Under the pieces are notes generated by a model that was given only the letters and a program-made list of their open reading frames with translations, ran no database searches and was not told the origin of the DNA. Made by a program: the position numbers and the translations under genes. This document shows positions 19,651 to 29,734 of a DNA stretch of 64,000 nucleotides, in pieces. Every line of letters begins with the position of its first letter. The stretch's first letter is position 1. The stretch is from an uncultured virus (IMG/VR IMGVR_UViG_3300044608_000562) (lineage: Duplodnaviria > Heunggongvirae > Uroviricota > Caudoviricetes), in the IMG/VR virus record IMGVR_UViG_3300044608_000562. One strand, written 5' to 3'.

Positions 19651-19841
19651 CCACCGTGCAAGAACTGGAAGTGACCGTAACCAGCCACATTGATGTCTGT
19701 TCGGTACGGTACGAAGCGATCCATGCGCGTTTAAAGCGTCTGGAGAGACTCGTGATCTCAGTCGGAGGCACGGTCATTCTGGTGCTGGTCGGTGCGTTGG
19801 GTTCCATGGCAATGATGCTGGTGGAGGCATTGCAAAAGTGA
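19647..19841 (+). CDS. Small membrane protein (lysis region)
   Basis: CSVRY...RLKRLE followed by one hydrophobic helix. Confidence 0.65.
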   Translation: MTTVQELEVTVTSHIDVCSVRYEAIHARLKRLERLVISVGGTVILVLVGALGSMAMMLVEALQK

Positions 19842-20251
19842 CTGAGACGACCGACATCGAAATGTTCAAGGCGCAGGTGCGAGCCGAGTTGAACCGGCTT
19901 GAGGCGCAGTCTTCGGCAAAAGAAGTCGCAGGCAAAGCCATTGGCAAAGATGGCCTCAAGTACATCACGGTCATCGTGGTCATCGGTGTCGTTTCCAGTC
20001 TTGCTTTGGAAGGCGAGAAGATTGCGGCGGTAATGGGCCTATTGGGCGCGTCACTGACCGCGCTGATCTCCATGCTCAACAACATTGCCGGGGCTAACGA
20101 AAAGGAAGACAAGCCCGAGTTTGGCGTAATCAAAGAACTGATTAACAAACTGGATCGACTTGACCGCAAGGAAATGCCGATGCGTGTCGATGTCGAGGGC
20201 GACCATGTGACTGTCACGAAGGGCGATGATGTGGTGAGGGCAAGCAAATGA
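19838..20251 (+). CDS. Two-TM membrane protein (lysis region)
   Basis: Two hydrophobic segments; GTGA coupling. Confidence 0.6.
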   Translation: MTETTDIEMFKAQVRAELNRLEAQSSAKEVAGKAIGKDGLKYITVIVVIGVVSSLALEGEKIAAVMGLLGASLTALISMLNNIAGANEKEDKPEFGVIKELINKLDRLDRKEMPMRVDVEGDHVTVTKGDDVVRASK

Positions 20252-20733
20252 TGACCATGATTAGCACCTTTCTCTCGTTCCTTGCGGGTGGACTGCCCAA
20301 AATTCTGCAAATCTTCCAAGACCGGCAGGACAAGAAGCATGAACTTGCTCTTGTCGCAGCCCAGAAAGAGCGTGAATTGGCCCTTGCAGAGCGTGGGTTT
20401 ATCGCGCAGGCACGGGTTGAGGAAATCAAACTGGAGCAAATCCAGACGCAGACGGCTGCTGAGGAACGCCAAGCCCTGTACAACCACGACATTGAGATTG
20501 GCAAGGGCGCGAGTCAGTGGATGATTAACCTGCGAGCCAGCGTCCGTCCTGTTGTGACCTACATTTTCGTGCTGGAGTTGGTCGCGCTGAACATTGCCGG
20601 GGTGTGGTACGCATGGCATCAAGGGGTGCCGTTTGCGGCTGCAATGGCCGAAGTGTTTTCGGATGACGAAATGCTGATCCTAAGCAGCATTATTGCGTTT
20701 TGGTTTGGTACGCAGGCTTTTGGCAAGAAATGA
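20248..20733 (+). CDS. Putative holin (GTA-type 3TM family)
   Basis: LRASVRPVVTY and IIAFWFG motifs; precedes endolysin. Confidence 0.65.
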   Translation: MMTMISTFLSFLAGGLPKILQIFQDRQDKKHELALVAAQKERELALAERGFIAQARVEEIKLEQIQTQTAAEERQALYNHDIEIGKGASQWMINLRASVRPVVTYIFVLELVALNIAGVWYAWHQGVPFAAAMAEVFSDDEMLILSSIIAFWFGTQAFGKK

Positions 20734-20810
20734 TTCACTTGTACATCGTTCTTATATGGGCGCTTGTAACCGGGAACGAGTCAAACATCGATGAGGCAGA
20801 TTGGCAGTGA
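20730..20810 (+). CDS. 26-aa micro-ORF MIHLYIVLIWALVTGNESNIDEADWQ
   Basis: Fills the holin-endolysin gap exactly, with ATGA and GTGA overlaps. Confidence 0.5.
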   Translation: MIHLYIVLIWALVTGNESNIDEADWQ

Positions 20811-21295
20811 AAGTCAGCGCCGCAGCCATCGACATGATCAAGCACCACGAAGGGGTGAGGACTAAGCCTTACCGTTGTCCGGCGCTGTTGTGGACGGTGG
20901 GCGTGGGCCATGTGATTGATCCGACTCACGCGGCGGTGAAGTATGAGGAGCGCAAGAGTTTACCGGTACCCGCAGGCTGGGATCGCACCCTCACGATGGA
21001 CGAGGTGGATCGGATTCTTTCTCAAGACCTTGGTCGGTTTGAGCGTGGTGTGGTTCGACTTTGCCCTGCTGCTGTTGGTCGTCAGGGAGTCTTCGATTCT
21101 CTCGTCAGTTTTGCCTTCAACGTGGGTCTTGGCAATCTCCAGCGTTCTTCCCTTCGGATGAAGACCAACCGGGGTGATTTTGAAGAAGCGGCAGAAGAAT
21201 TCATGAAGTGGACGAAGGCGGCTGGGCGTGTATTGCCCGGTCTTGTCAAACGCCGTAAAGATGAGCAGGCTTTATATTTGTCGGGAGTTGCCTAG
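20807..21295 (+). CDS. Endolysin, GH24 lysozyme
   Basis: HEGVRTKPYRCPALLWTVGVGH, FAFNVG and LPGLVKRRKDE motifs. Confidence 0.93.
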   Translation: MKVSAAAIDMIKHHEGVRTKPYRCPALLWTVGVGHVIDPTHAAVKYEERKSLPVPAGWDRTLTMDEVDRILSQDLGRFERGVVRLCPAAVGRQGVFDSLVSFAFNVGLGNLQRSSLRMKTNRGDFEEAAEEFMKWTKAAGRVLPGLVKRRKDEQALYLSGVA

Positions 21296-23587
21296 ATGCC
21301 CCTACAAAAAGTTGAACTACGCCCCGGCGTCAACCGCGAGTCTACTTCGTACGCTAATGAGGGCGGGTTCTTCGCTGGCGACAAAGTTAGGTTCCGTTCG
21401 GGCTATGCCGAGAAGATCGGCGGCTGGCAGAGCATCAACATCAACGGCAGTACGTTCTTCGGCGTGTGCCGGATGCTGTGGAACTGGATCAGCAAACTCA
21501 ATCAGAACCTTGTTGGCATGGGTACGAGCCAGAAGGTCTACGTGGAGCAGGGCGGCACGTACTACGACATCACTCCGCTTGGTAACTCGCTGACGCTATC
21601 GTCAAATCCGTTTTCTACTACATCAGGTAGTCGCCTTGTCACGGTTACGGCTTCTGGGCATCTCACGGCTATCGGCACGTACGTTAATTTCTCCGGTGCC
21701 ACGGCAGTAGCCAGCCTGACTCTGAACGGCCAGTACGAGATTCAGTCCGTACCTAACGCCAACGAGTTCACGATTTATGCTTCGGTTACGGCTTCATCCA
21801 CAACGACTGGCGGCGGCTCGCTGGTCATTGCCAAGTTTGATATTGATGCAGGCAACGCTGTCTACAGTTCGGGCGTAGGCTGGGGTGGCCCTCCTTGGGG
21901 ATCAGGCGGGTGGGGCTCTTCCACGGGTGCAGGCGTCGAGATGCGCCTCTGGTCGATGTTCAACTACGGCGACGATTTGATGTTTGCCGAGCGCGGTGGT
22001 GAGATTTACTTCTGGACGATAGACACGACTTCGTGGTCTCGTGCTGTTACGTTGGAAGAAAAAGCCAACACGGCGATCAAAGGTACGACGCTTGGCGCGT
22101 TTGCCTCGGGCGTTACCACTATCGTTCTGGATGATACGACTGGGCTTGATACGGGCGCGGTGCTATCGGGTAGTGGAATCGTTAGCGGTACGTACGTCAC
22201 GACTGCATGGGACTTCAGCAACTCAGTCACGATTTCGCAGGCAACGAATGCCTCGGCTACGCTTTCGGCTATCTCGTTCAGTTACTCCGGTCGGCACGTG
22301 CCGAACGAGGTCAATTACATTATTGACTCGCCAGTTAATGACTTTGTGATTTCTTGCGGCTCGACCCCGTACGACCCGACAAGTTTTGCCACGACGTTTG
22401 ATCCGCTGCTTGTACGCTGGTCAGATCAAGGCAACGCTTACGAGTGGGTGCCAGCAACGACAAACCAGTCAGGCGAGCAGGGTCTGTCGCATGGCTCGTA
22501 CATTGTCACAGCCAACAACACCCGTCAGGAAATCTTGATCTGGACGGACACGGCGCTCTTCTCCATGCAGTACGTCGGGCCTCCGTTCGTGTGGTCATTT
22601 ACGCTGCTGGATCAAGATATTTCTATTGCATCGCAGAACGCCGTGCTGACGGTGAACAACGTGGTCTATTGGATGGGCCGCGACAAATTCTTCATGTACT
22701 CGGGTCGCGTTGAGACGCTGCCTTGCACCCTTCGCCAGTTCGTCTATAACGACATCAACTATGACCAATTAAGTCAGGTTGCGGCAGGAGCCAACGAGGG
22801 CTACAACGAGATTTGGTGGTTCTACCCATCGCAGAACAGCACGATCAATGACCGCTATGTCATTTATAACTATCTTGAGCGTATCTGGTACTACGGCAAT
22901 TTGAACCGTACATTCTGGGCGCAGCATACGCAGCGCATCTATCCGTTCGCTACGTTCAACGTGCAGCAGGCATACCTTGCCACGAGCATCAATTCGTCGG
23001 TAACAACGATTGCCTTGACCGACACTTCGACCTTCCCGATGAGTGGCACTATCTCCATAAACTCGGAGAAGATTTCTTACGCTGCCAAGGACGGTAATAC
23101 GCTCACCGGGTGCGTTCGTGGCATTGAGGGTACAACGGCGGGATCGCACGAACAGTATGCCTACGTCACGTTCAACGTCGCAAACCAAATTATGTTGCAC
23201 GAAGTGGGTAACGATGATGCGTCGGTGTCTCCCGCACTACCCATTGAGGCATTTATTGAGTCGTCGGACTTTGACATTCAAGATGGGCAGAGTTTTGGTT
23301 ACGTCTGGCGCATGTTGCCCGACCTCAACTTCACAGGGTCTACGGGATCAAGCCCGAGTGTGACGCTGACGGTACGGCCTCGGCAGAACTCTGGTTCTAA
23401 CTATACGAACGCCGACAGCCCGACTGTCACGCGCACAGCGACCATACCGGTTCAGCAGTACACCGGGCAGGTCTATACCCGTGTCCGTGGTCGCCAGATG
23501 GCGTTCCGTGTGGACTCCAACGATCTTGGCGTTGCTTGGCAGATGGGCGTGATGCGTATTGACGTTCGACCGGATGGACGCCGATGA
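21296..23587 (+). CDS. Tail nozzle / packaged-DNA stabilisation protein (putative)
   Basis: PGVNRE, VRFR, VRWSDQ and EIWWFYP propeller motifs; 763 aa. Confidence 0.7.
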   Translation: MPLQKVELRPGVNRESTSYANEGGFFAGDKVRFRSGYAEKIGGWQSININGSTFFGVCRMLWNWISKLNQNLVGMGTSQKVYVEQGGTYYDITPLGNSLTLSSNPFSTTSGSRLVTVTASGHLTAIGTYVNFSGATAVASLTLNGQYEIQSVPNANEFTIYASVTASSTTTGGGSLVIAKFDIDAGNAVYSSGVGWGGPPWGSGGWGSSTGAGVEMRLWSMFNYGDDLMFAERGGEIYFWTIDTTSWSRAVTLEEKANTAIKGTTLGAFASGVTTIVLDDTTGLDTGAVLSGSGIVSGTYVTTAWDFSNSVTISQATNASATLSAISFSYSGRHVPNEVNYIIDSPVNDFVISCGSTPYDPTSFATTFDPLLVRWSDQGNAYEWVPATTNQSGEQGLSHGSYIVTANNTRQEILIWTDTALFSMQYVGPPFVWSFTLLDQDISIASQNAVLTVNNVVYWMGRDKFFMYSGRVETLPCTLRQFVYNDINYDQLSQVAAGANEGYNEIWWFYPSQNSTINDRYVIYNYLERIWYYGNLNRTFWAQHTQRIYPFATFNVQQAYLATSINSSVTTIALTDTSTFPMSGTISINSEKISYAAKDGNTLTGCVRGIEGTTAGSHEQYAYVTFNVANQIMLHEVGNDDASVSPALPIEAFIESSDFDIQDGQSFGYVWRMLPDLNFTGSTGSSPSVTLTVRPRQNSGSNYTNADSPTVTRTATIPVQQYTGQVYTRVRGRQMAFRVDSNDLGVAWQMGVMRIDVRPDGRR

Positions 23588-24180
23588 CCGTTGCACGTGG
23601 CATATCTACGCCGAACTTGCCGGTTGCTCCGATTCAATACGAGCAGCGGTTTCAAGATCAATTTAGTAACGTCCTGCGGCTTTTCTTTAGACAGGTAGCC
23701 AATCGGGTTAATTCACCGACCGCACATGCTTCGTATTTTGATACGACGACGCAGCCGAATCCGGTTGCGGATGCCGTTAATTTGTTTACTTACAATTCAG
23801 TCGTTACTCAGCAGGCTGTTACACGCGGCAACCCGACATCCAAAGTCTACGTTGCTCAGACGGGGATTTATAACTTTCAGTTTTCTGCCCAGTTAGATAA
23901 AGCCGGTGGGTCGGCAAGTGCTGTTTATATTTGGCCTCGTATTAACGGGGAAAACCTGCCGGACTCGGCTACTAAGATCGTTATCGACGGCCCCAACAAC
24001 GAGATTGTGGCGGCGTGGAACTTTGTGCTTGTGCTGCAGGCAAACGACTATTTTGAGTTGGCTTGGCAGTCTTCGGACACCGACGTAGTTATCCCGTATG
24101 TAGCCGCAACCGGCAACATCCCAGCGATCCCCTCCATCATCCTGACGGTGGTTTGGGTATCAAATTACGAGGCTAACTAA
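23584..24180 (+). CDS. Virion protein with C1q/TNF-like beta sandwich (putative)
   Basis: GIYNFQFSAQL and DYFELAW motifs. Confidence 0.65.
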   Translation: MTVARGISTPNLPVAPIQYEQRFQDQFSNVLRLFFRQVANRVNSPTAHASYFDTTTQPNPVADAVNLFTYNSVVTQQAVTRGNPTSKVYVAQTGIYNFQFSAQLDKAGGSASAVYIWPRINGENLPDSATKIVIDGPNNEIVAAWNFVLVLQANDYFELAWQSSDTDVVIPYVAATGNIPAIPSIILTVVWVSNYEAN

Positions 24181-24217
24181 TGATACTATCCATCAAACTT
24201 GCCCCCGTGAGGGAGTT

Positions 24218-27172
24218 ATGAATCAAAGTCAATCCATGGCGGGTCTTGCCTCCCTCGTGCAGTCACGGGGTCGAAACGGCGATTCCATGCTCGTCCACAT
24301 GACCCCCGGCGAAGTTAAGGGGCTGCAGGCTCTGGCCTTTGCTCACGGTGGACAACTAAGCATCAATCCCGATACGGGGCTTTACGAGGCTAACTTCCTC
24401 AAGAAACTGCTGCCAACCATTATTGGCGCGGTACTGACCCCGCTGACGGGTGGCTTGATCAACCCGCTGACGGCTGGGTTCCTTGTGGGCGGTGTTGAAG
24501 CGGCACGTACGGGCGACCTTGGCAAGGGCTTGATGGCTGGCCTTGGCGCGTATGGTGGTGCGGGGCTTAGCAGTGCGTTGGCGGGTACTGGGGCTGCAGC
24601 CGCCGCTGGAGCGGGTGAAGTTGCTAAAACGGCTGGCGCAGAAGCCGCCGCTGCCGCTGCTAAAGAAGGTGCCACTCAGGCTGCCCAAGAGGCTGCTAAG
24701 CAGGCGGCTATGAAAGAAGCGGCACAGGCACAGATTCAGAAACAGATCGCTACCAAGGGTATGTTTGGTCGCTTGCCCGAAGGCGTGGCAAGTTTCAAAA
24801 ACATCGGCGCTGGTGCTGGGGAAATCTTTAAGACCGGTGGCGCTGGCCTTGGCGGTATTGGCGGCATGGGCGCAGCCGGGTCTGCGTTCGGTACGCTTGG
24901 TATGCCTGCTAAAGCGGGTCTTACTATGACTGCCGCTAACGCACTTAGCCCCGACATGGAAATGCCGGAAGGCGGTGGCTATCAGATTGACGACTCCTAT
25001 TACGAGTCTATGGGGTACAGCCCCGAGCAAGGCCGCTTCCTTGGCGGTCAGTGGCGTAAGGGCTATCCCGGCTTTCCCCCGCCGGGCATGGCAGGGGGCG
25101 GCGTAATCCCAGCCCCGAACGGCAATTATCCGTTGGCTAGACCGTCAGAGAGTGTTGGCGGGTACGAGATGGATATTGATCCGTACACTGGCGAGGAGCG
25201 GTTTGCTGATGGCGGCAGCGTCGGTAATCAGAGTCTTGAACAGTATTATCAGAGTCTCCTTGCGCCTCCGACGCAGCAGGGTGGCGGCAACCCAGCCTTC
25301 TCAAACTATCTACAGAACTTTAATCAGTTCGTGACTTCTCCAATTGCCGCTCCGCAGCAAGGTGGTGGCGGTGGACAACCCGGCGGCGGTCAGCCCGGTG
25401 GAGGACAACCCGGTGGTCAGCCGGGTGGTGGAGCAGGACAGCCCGGTGGTGGGAGACCCGGTGGTGGGAGACCCGGTGGCCCCCGTGGCGGTACAGCCCC
25501 CGGTGAACCCGGCGGCGTTGAGTACGGTGATTTCTCCGATATGGGAAATACCGGCGGCATGCAATGGGACGCCAATCAAGGGCGTTTTGTTTCGACTGGG
25601 CCGCAGAACCCGTTTGCTGGTGGAATGCCCACAGGTAACCCGTTCGCAGGGTTTGGCAACATAGATTTCTCTGCGATCCAAGACTATTTTAGAAACGCTG
25701 GCGCAGGGGGCGGTGCTGGGCGCGGTGCGGGTGCGGGTGCGGGTGCGGGTGCGGGTGCGGGTGCCGGTGCTGGTGCTGGTTCCGGTGGTATGCCGGGAGG
25801 CCAGAATCAATATAGCGGTGATGAATTTACCGGCCCGACTGACAATCAATTCGGTGGAGACATGGGCGGCGACGGCGGGATGATGTACGCCGGAGGCTCA
25901 AAAGACTTCGACGAAACCACTGGAATGTACCGTGGTGATACGGGTCAAGGATTTGGTACGGCACAGCCTGACCAAAGTGGCGCTGGAACGCCTGATTTTA
26001 GTGGCATGGATTTCAGTAATTTGGATTTGTCCGGCCTACAGAATCTTAATCTCTCGGGTATGGGCGGCGCAGGTAGTTACATGCCTGATATGTCTGCGTT
26101 CGGTGGTGGGCAGCAGGCAAACCCGAATCCGTTTGCCGATAACTATTCCCCGCCTGCTGATACGGGCATGGGTGAAGTTGCTTATCGCGGGGGTTCGCCT
26201 AGTTTTGATATGACGGGTGGCGGTAGGGAATATACGCCCCCTCCTGAATTCTCTAGCGGCCCGATATCACCCATGCAACCGCAGGTTGAGCCAGAAGTGC
26301 CTACTGGTGGCGGTAGACCGTCTAATGATTTTTTTGGTGGGGCTATGGCTCCGACTTCGCAAACGTTTGAACCAGAAGTACCGACTGGCGGCGGTAGACC
26401 GTCTAATGATTTTTTTGGCGAAATCATGGCTCCGACTTCGCAGACGTTTGACATGCAGCCTTACATGCCTCAACCCCAGCCTGCTCCGCAACCGGCTCCA
26501 CAACCGGCTCCGCAACAACCTGCGCCTAATATGGGTGGATTTGGCGGCTTCGGTGGCATGGGCGGTATTGCTGGTCTTGCGGGTCTTGGAGGTATGGGTG
26601 GTATGTCACAACCCGCGCCTCAACCGGCTCCTCAACCCGCGCCCCAACCGGCTCCTCAACCCACACCACAACCTGCCTTTGACTACGGCGCAATGATGGC
26701 TCAACAGCCTGCTCCGTCGTTTGATATGGGTAGTTTTGGCGGTGGTATGGACTTTGGCGCTATGCAGCAGCCTGCCTTTGACTACGGCGCAATGATGGCT
26801 CAACAGCCTGCTCCGTCGTTTGATATGGGTAGTTTTGGCGGTGGTATGGACTTTGGTGGTATGGATTTCGGTAGCATGGGCGGCTTTGCCGCAGGTGGCC
26901 CGATTCAATACGCCGCTGGCGGTAAGTTCTTGCGTGGCCCCGGCGATGGCATGTCGGATGACATCAAGGCGAACATCAATGGTGAGCAGGAAGCCCGGTT
27001 GGCTGATGGCGAGTTTGTCATCCCCGCCGATGTGGTTTCCCATATCGGTAATGGCTCAAGCGAAGCCGGTGCTGATAGGCTCTACAAGATGATGGCTAAC
27101 ATCCGCAAGGCGCGTACCGGAAAGACCCGGCAAGCCCCGCAAATTAACCCGAAGAAGTACCTACCCTCATGA
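24218..27172 (+). CDS. Internal virion/ejection protein, G/P/Q/M/F low-complexity
   Basis: N-terminal GRNGDSMLVHMTPGEV, hydrophobic segment, C-terminal GPGDGMSDDI...LADGEFV. Confidence 0.75.
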   Translation: MNQSQSMAGLASLVQSRGRNGDSMLVHMTPGEVKGLQALAFAHGGQLSINPDTGLYEANFLKKLLPTIIGAVLTPLTGGLINPLTAGFLVGGVEAARTGDLGKGLMAGLGAYGGAGLSSALAGTGAAAAAGAGEVAKTAGAEAAAAAAKEGATQAAQEAAKQAAMKEAAQAQIQKQIATKGMFGRLPEGVASFKNIGAGAGEIFKTGGAGLGGIGGMGAAGSAFGTLGMPAKAGLTMTAANALSPDMEMPEGGGYQIDDSYYESMGYSPEQGRFLGGQWRKGYPGFPPPGMAGGGVIPAPNGNYPLARPSESVGGYEMDIDPYTGEERFADGGSVGNQSLEQYYQSLLAPPTQQGGGNPAFSNYLQNFNQFVTSPIAAPQQGGGGGQPGGGQPGGGQPGGQPGGGAGQPGGGRPGGGRPGGPRGGTAPGEPGGVEYGDFSDMGNTGGMQWDANQGRFVSTGPQNPFAGGMPTGNPFAGFGNIDFSAIQDYFRNAGAGGGAGRGAGAGAGAGAGAGAGAGAGSGGMPGGQNQYSGDEFTGPTDNQFGGDMGGDGGMMYAGGSKDFDETTGMYRGDTGQGFGTAQPDQSGAGTPDFSGMDFSNLDLSGLQNLNLSGMGGAGSYMPDMSAFGGGQQANPNPFADNYSPPADTGMGEVAYRGGSPSFDMTGGGREYTPPPEFSSGPISPMQPQVEPEVPTGGGRPSNDFFGGAMAPTSQTFEPEVPTGGGRPSNDFFGEIMAPTSQTFDMQPYMPQPQPAPQPAPQPAPQQPAPNMGGFGGFGGMGGIAGLAGLGGMGGMSQPAPQPAPQPAPQPAPQPTPQPAFDYGAMMAQQPAPSFDMGSFGGGMDFGAMQQPAFDYGAMMAQQPAPSFDMGSFGGGMDFGGMDFGSMGGFAAGGPIQYAAGGKFLRGPGDGMSDDIKANINGEQEARLADGEFVIPADVVSHIGNGSSEAGADRLYKMMANIRKARTGKTRQAPQINPKKYLPS
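25723..25780 (+). repeat. GCGGGT-type hexamer tandem encoding (GA)n
   Basis: Seen directly in sequence. Confidence 0.85.
26286..26451 (+). repeat. 81-bp-period tandem duplication (EPEVPTGGGRPSNDFFG..MAPTSQTF)
   Basis: Two near-identical copies. Confidence 0.85.
26672..26856 (+). repeat. 86-bp direct repeat, 99-bp period (PAFDYGAMMAQQPAPSFDMGSFGGGMDFG)
   Basis: 26672-26757 matches 26771-26856. Confidence 0.85.
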
Positions 27173-27627
27173 AAGTAACCAAACTAGAAGTCAACGAACG
27201 AGACATTGACCGGATTTTTCTGGTCATTACTCGTGACTTCGCCAACGAGCACAGCATGGGCAAACTGAGTGCCTCAAACCATAACGCAGAGAAAGGTCTG
27301 CTCTGGGGCATCAAGAACATTGAGTGCGGTGCTTGGGTAGTAGAAGACGATGCCGGTAAAGTTCTTGGCACTATCGGCATTCACCGTACTTCTCCATGGT
27401 ACTCGGACGAAGAGTATCTTGCTGACGGATGGTTCTACGTACTTCCTGAGTATCGTAAGACCGGCGTAGGTAAGATGTTGTTGGATGCGGCTACTAATTT
27501 TGCCAAGGAACAGGAACTGCCCTTAATTGTCGGCGTGTTCAATATGGATGACACCGGCAAGAAGATTGAAATCATGAATCGTATGGGGCTTAAACTTATT
27601 GGCGGCTTGTTCGCCACAGGAGTTTAA
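27169..27627 (+). CDS. GNAT-family acyltransferase
   Basis: FYVLPEYRKTGVGKMLL acyl-CoA binding motif. Confidence 0.85.
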   Translation: MKVTKLEVNERDIDRIFLVITRDFANEHSMGKLSASNHNAEKGLLWGIKNIECGAWVVEDDAGKVLGTIGIHRTSPWYSDEEYLADGWFYVLPEYRKTGVGKMLLDAATNFAKEQELPLIVGVFNMDDTGKKIEIMNRMGLKLIGGLFATGV

Positions 27628-27629
27628 CT

Positions 27630-29711
27630 ATGTGTGGCGGCGGCGGTGGTGGTAGTTCAGCACCTACTCAACAAACAGTTACTCAGGTAACGATACCTCC
27701 TGAGTTGATGCCGTATGCCAAGAAGGTTCTTGGCACGGCAGAAAATCTTACATACAACCAGCCCTACCAGACTTATGGTGGGCAGCGCATCGCAGGGCTT
27801 AACCCGCTCCAGCAACAGGCGATGCAGCAGATTCAGCAGCAACAGACTGCTTCTCAAATTGGTCAAGCCACCGGTATGGCTGGGCTTGCTGGGCTTCAAG
27901 CCCAAAAGTTAGGGCAATACAGTCCAGCCCAATATCAAGGGTTAGACGTTAGTTACCTTGGCGCACAGGCTCCCAGTCTACAGCAGTACCAGATGGGGCC
28001 AGCAGAGCGTGTATCTGCCGACAAAGTAAAAGCCCAGAAACTACAGCAGTTTCAGATGGAAGGGCCAGAAAGCGTTGCGGCTCAAACTGATTTTGGTTCT
28101 GTCTCTGCACCCGGCCTTCGCGACATTCAGATGGGTGGGCCGCAACAGGTTCAAGCCTCTCAAGTTGCTGGCGCTCAAATGGCTGGGCCGCAGCAGGTTC
28201 AAGCACCGTCTGATCTTGAGCGATTGCAGATGGGGCCAGCCGAGCGTGTCGGCACTCAAGCCCTTGAGCAGTATCAGATGGGGCCAGCCCAGCAGGTTCA
28301 GGCTGAACGGTTTGGCCTTTCTTCACTTCAGCCATACATGTCTCCGTACATGCAGGACGTTGTGGAGACCCAGAAGCGTGAAGCGATGCGCGATGCAGCC
28401 CGTCAGATGCCGGGTGTGGGTGCTGCCGCTGCACGTGCGGGAGGTCGTGGCGGTAGCCGCGAGGCGCTTCTTCGGTCTGAGTCGCAGCGCAATTTGTCTA
28501 ATCAGTTGCAGGGCATACAGGCTACCGGTACGCAACAGGCGTTCCAGCAGGCTCAGCAGCAGTATGGCGTTGACCGTGCCCAAGCGTTGCAGGCCGCGCT
28601 GGCTAACCAACAAGCGGGTCTTACCACGGGCCAGCAGAATCTGGCTGCACGACTTGGCGTCCAGCAGTTAGGCGCACAACAGGGACTGCAGGCTGCTCTT
28701 GCCAATCAGGCAGCGGGTATGCAGGTCGGTCAACAGAATCTGGCTGCAGCACAGAATCGCCAGCAGTTGATGGCTCAGCAGGGGCTGGAGGCTCAGCGGC
28801 TTAACCAAGCAGCGGGTTTGACTGCTGGTCAAACTAACCTTCAAGCACGTATGCAAGCCCAGTTGGCTAACCAACAGGCTCAGCAGCAAGCAGCGTTGGC
28901 TAATCAGCAAGCAGGACTTACTGCCGGTCAAGCCAATCTTCAGGCTGCGCTTCAGACGCAGGGGCTTGGCGCACAGCAAGGGCTGCAGGCTCAGTTGGCT
29001 AACCAACAGGCCCGTATACAGGGAGGCCAGATGGGTCTCCAAGCGTCGTTGGCTAACCAGCAGGCTCGACAGAGAGCGGCTGAGCAGAACCTTCAGGCTA
29101 GGCTCGGCGTTCAGCAATTGGGCGCACAGCAAGGGTTGCAGGCTGGACTTGCTAATCAACAGGCTAGGATGCAGGCAGCACTTGCCAACCAGCAGGCTGG
29201 TCTGACCACCGGTCAGCAGAACCTTGCCGCACAACTCGGTGTTCAGCAGTTGGGAGCGCAGCAGGGTCTACAGGCTCAGTTGGCTAACCAGCAGTCTCAA
29301 CTTCAGGCGCAACAACAAGCCCTTGCTCAACGTCAGTTTGGGGCGCAGTTTGGTGAGCAGTCTCGGCAGTTTGGACAGAACCTTGGTCTCCAAGGTATCC
29401 AGCAGCAGTTGGCTGCGGCGGGCATGCTCGGCAATCTGGGTCAGCAGCAGTTTGCTCAACAGCAAGGTATCAACCAAGCCCAGATGGCGGCAGGCCAGCA
29501 GATGCAAGGTCTGGAGCAGCAGAGGCTTCAGGCTGCGTACGAGGACTTCCTCAACCGGCAGCGTTACCCGTACCAGCAACTTGGCTTCATGTCAGACTTG
29601 ATTCGCGGTACGCCGACCGCTGGCGGGGTTCAAAGTCTTTACGGCGCACAAGCCAGCCCACTTGGAGCCTTAGCAGGACTCGGTGGTCTATACATGGCTG
29701 GTAGAGGCTAA
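27630..29711 (+). CDS. Q/A/G-rich ejection protein (putative) starting MCGGGGGG
   Basis: YQTYGGQRIAG, YMSPYMQDVV, repeated LANQQA units, terminal hydrophobic tail. Confidence 0.75.
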   Translation: MCGGGGGGSSAPTQQTVTQVTIPPELMPYAKKVLGTAENLTYNQPYQTYGGQRIAGLNPLQQQAMQQIQQQQTASQIGQATGMAGLAGLQAQKLGQYSPAQYQGLDVSYLGAQAPSLQQYQMGPAERVSADKVKAQKLQQFQMEGPESVAAQTDFGSVSAPGLRDIQMGGPQQVQASQVAGAQMAGPQQVQAPSDLERLQMGPAERVGTQALEQYQMGPAQQVQAERFGLSSLQPYMSPYMQDVVETQKREAMRDAARQMPGVGAAAARAGGRGGSREALLRSESQRNLSNQLQGIQATGTQQAFQQAQQQYGVDRAQALQAALANQQAGLTTGQQNLAARLGVQQLGAQQGLQAALANQAAGMQVGQQNLAAAQNRQQLMAQQGLEAQRLNQAAGLTAGQTNLQARMQAQLANQQAQQQAALANQQAGLTAGQANLQAALQTQGLGAQQGLQAQLANQQARIQGGQMGLQASLANQQARQRAAEQNLQARLGVQQLGAQQGLQAGLANQQARMQAALANQQAGLTTGQQNLAAQLGVQQLGAQQGLQAQLANQQSQLQAQQQALAQRQFGAQFGEQSRQFGQNLGLQGIQQQLAAAGMLGNLGQQQFAQQQGINQAQMAAGQQMQGLEQQRLQAAYEDFLNRQRYPYQQLGFMSDLIRGTPTAGGVQSLYGAQASPLGALAGLGGLYMAGRG

Positions 29712-29734
29712 AGGCCCGTAAGTAGGAGATGTAA

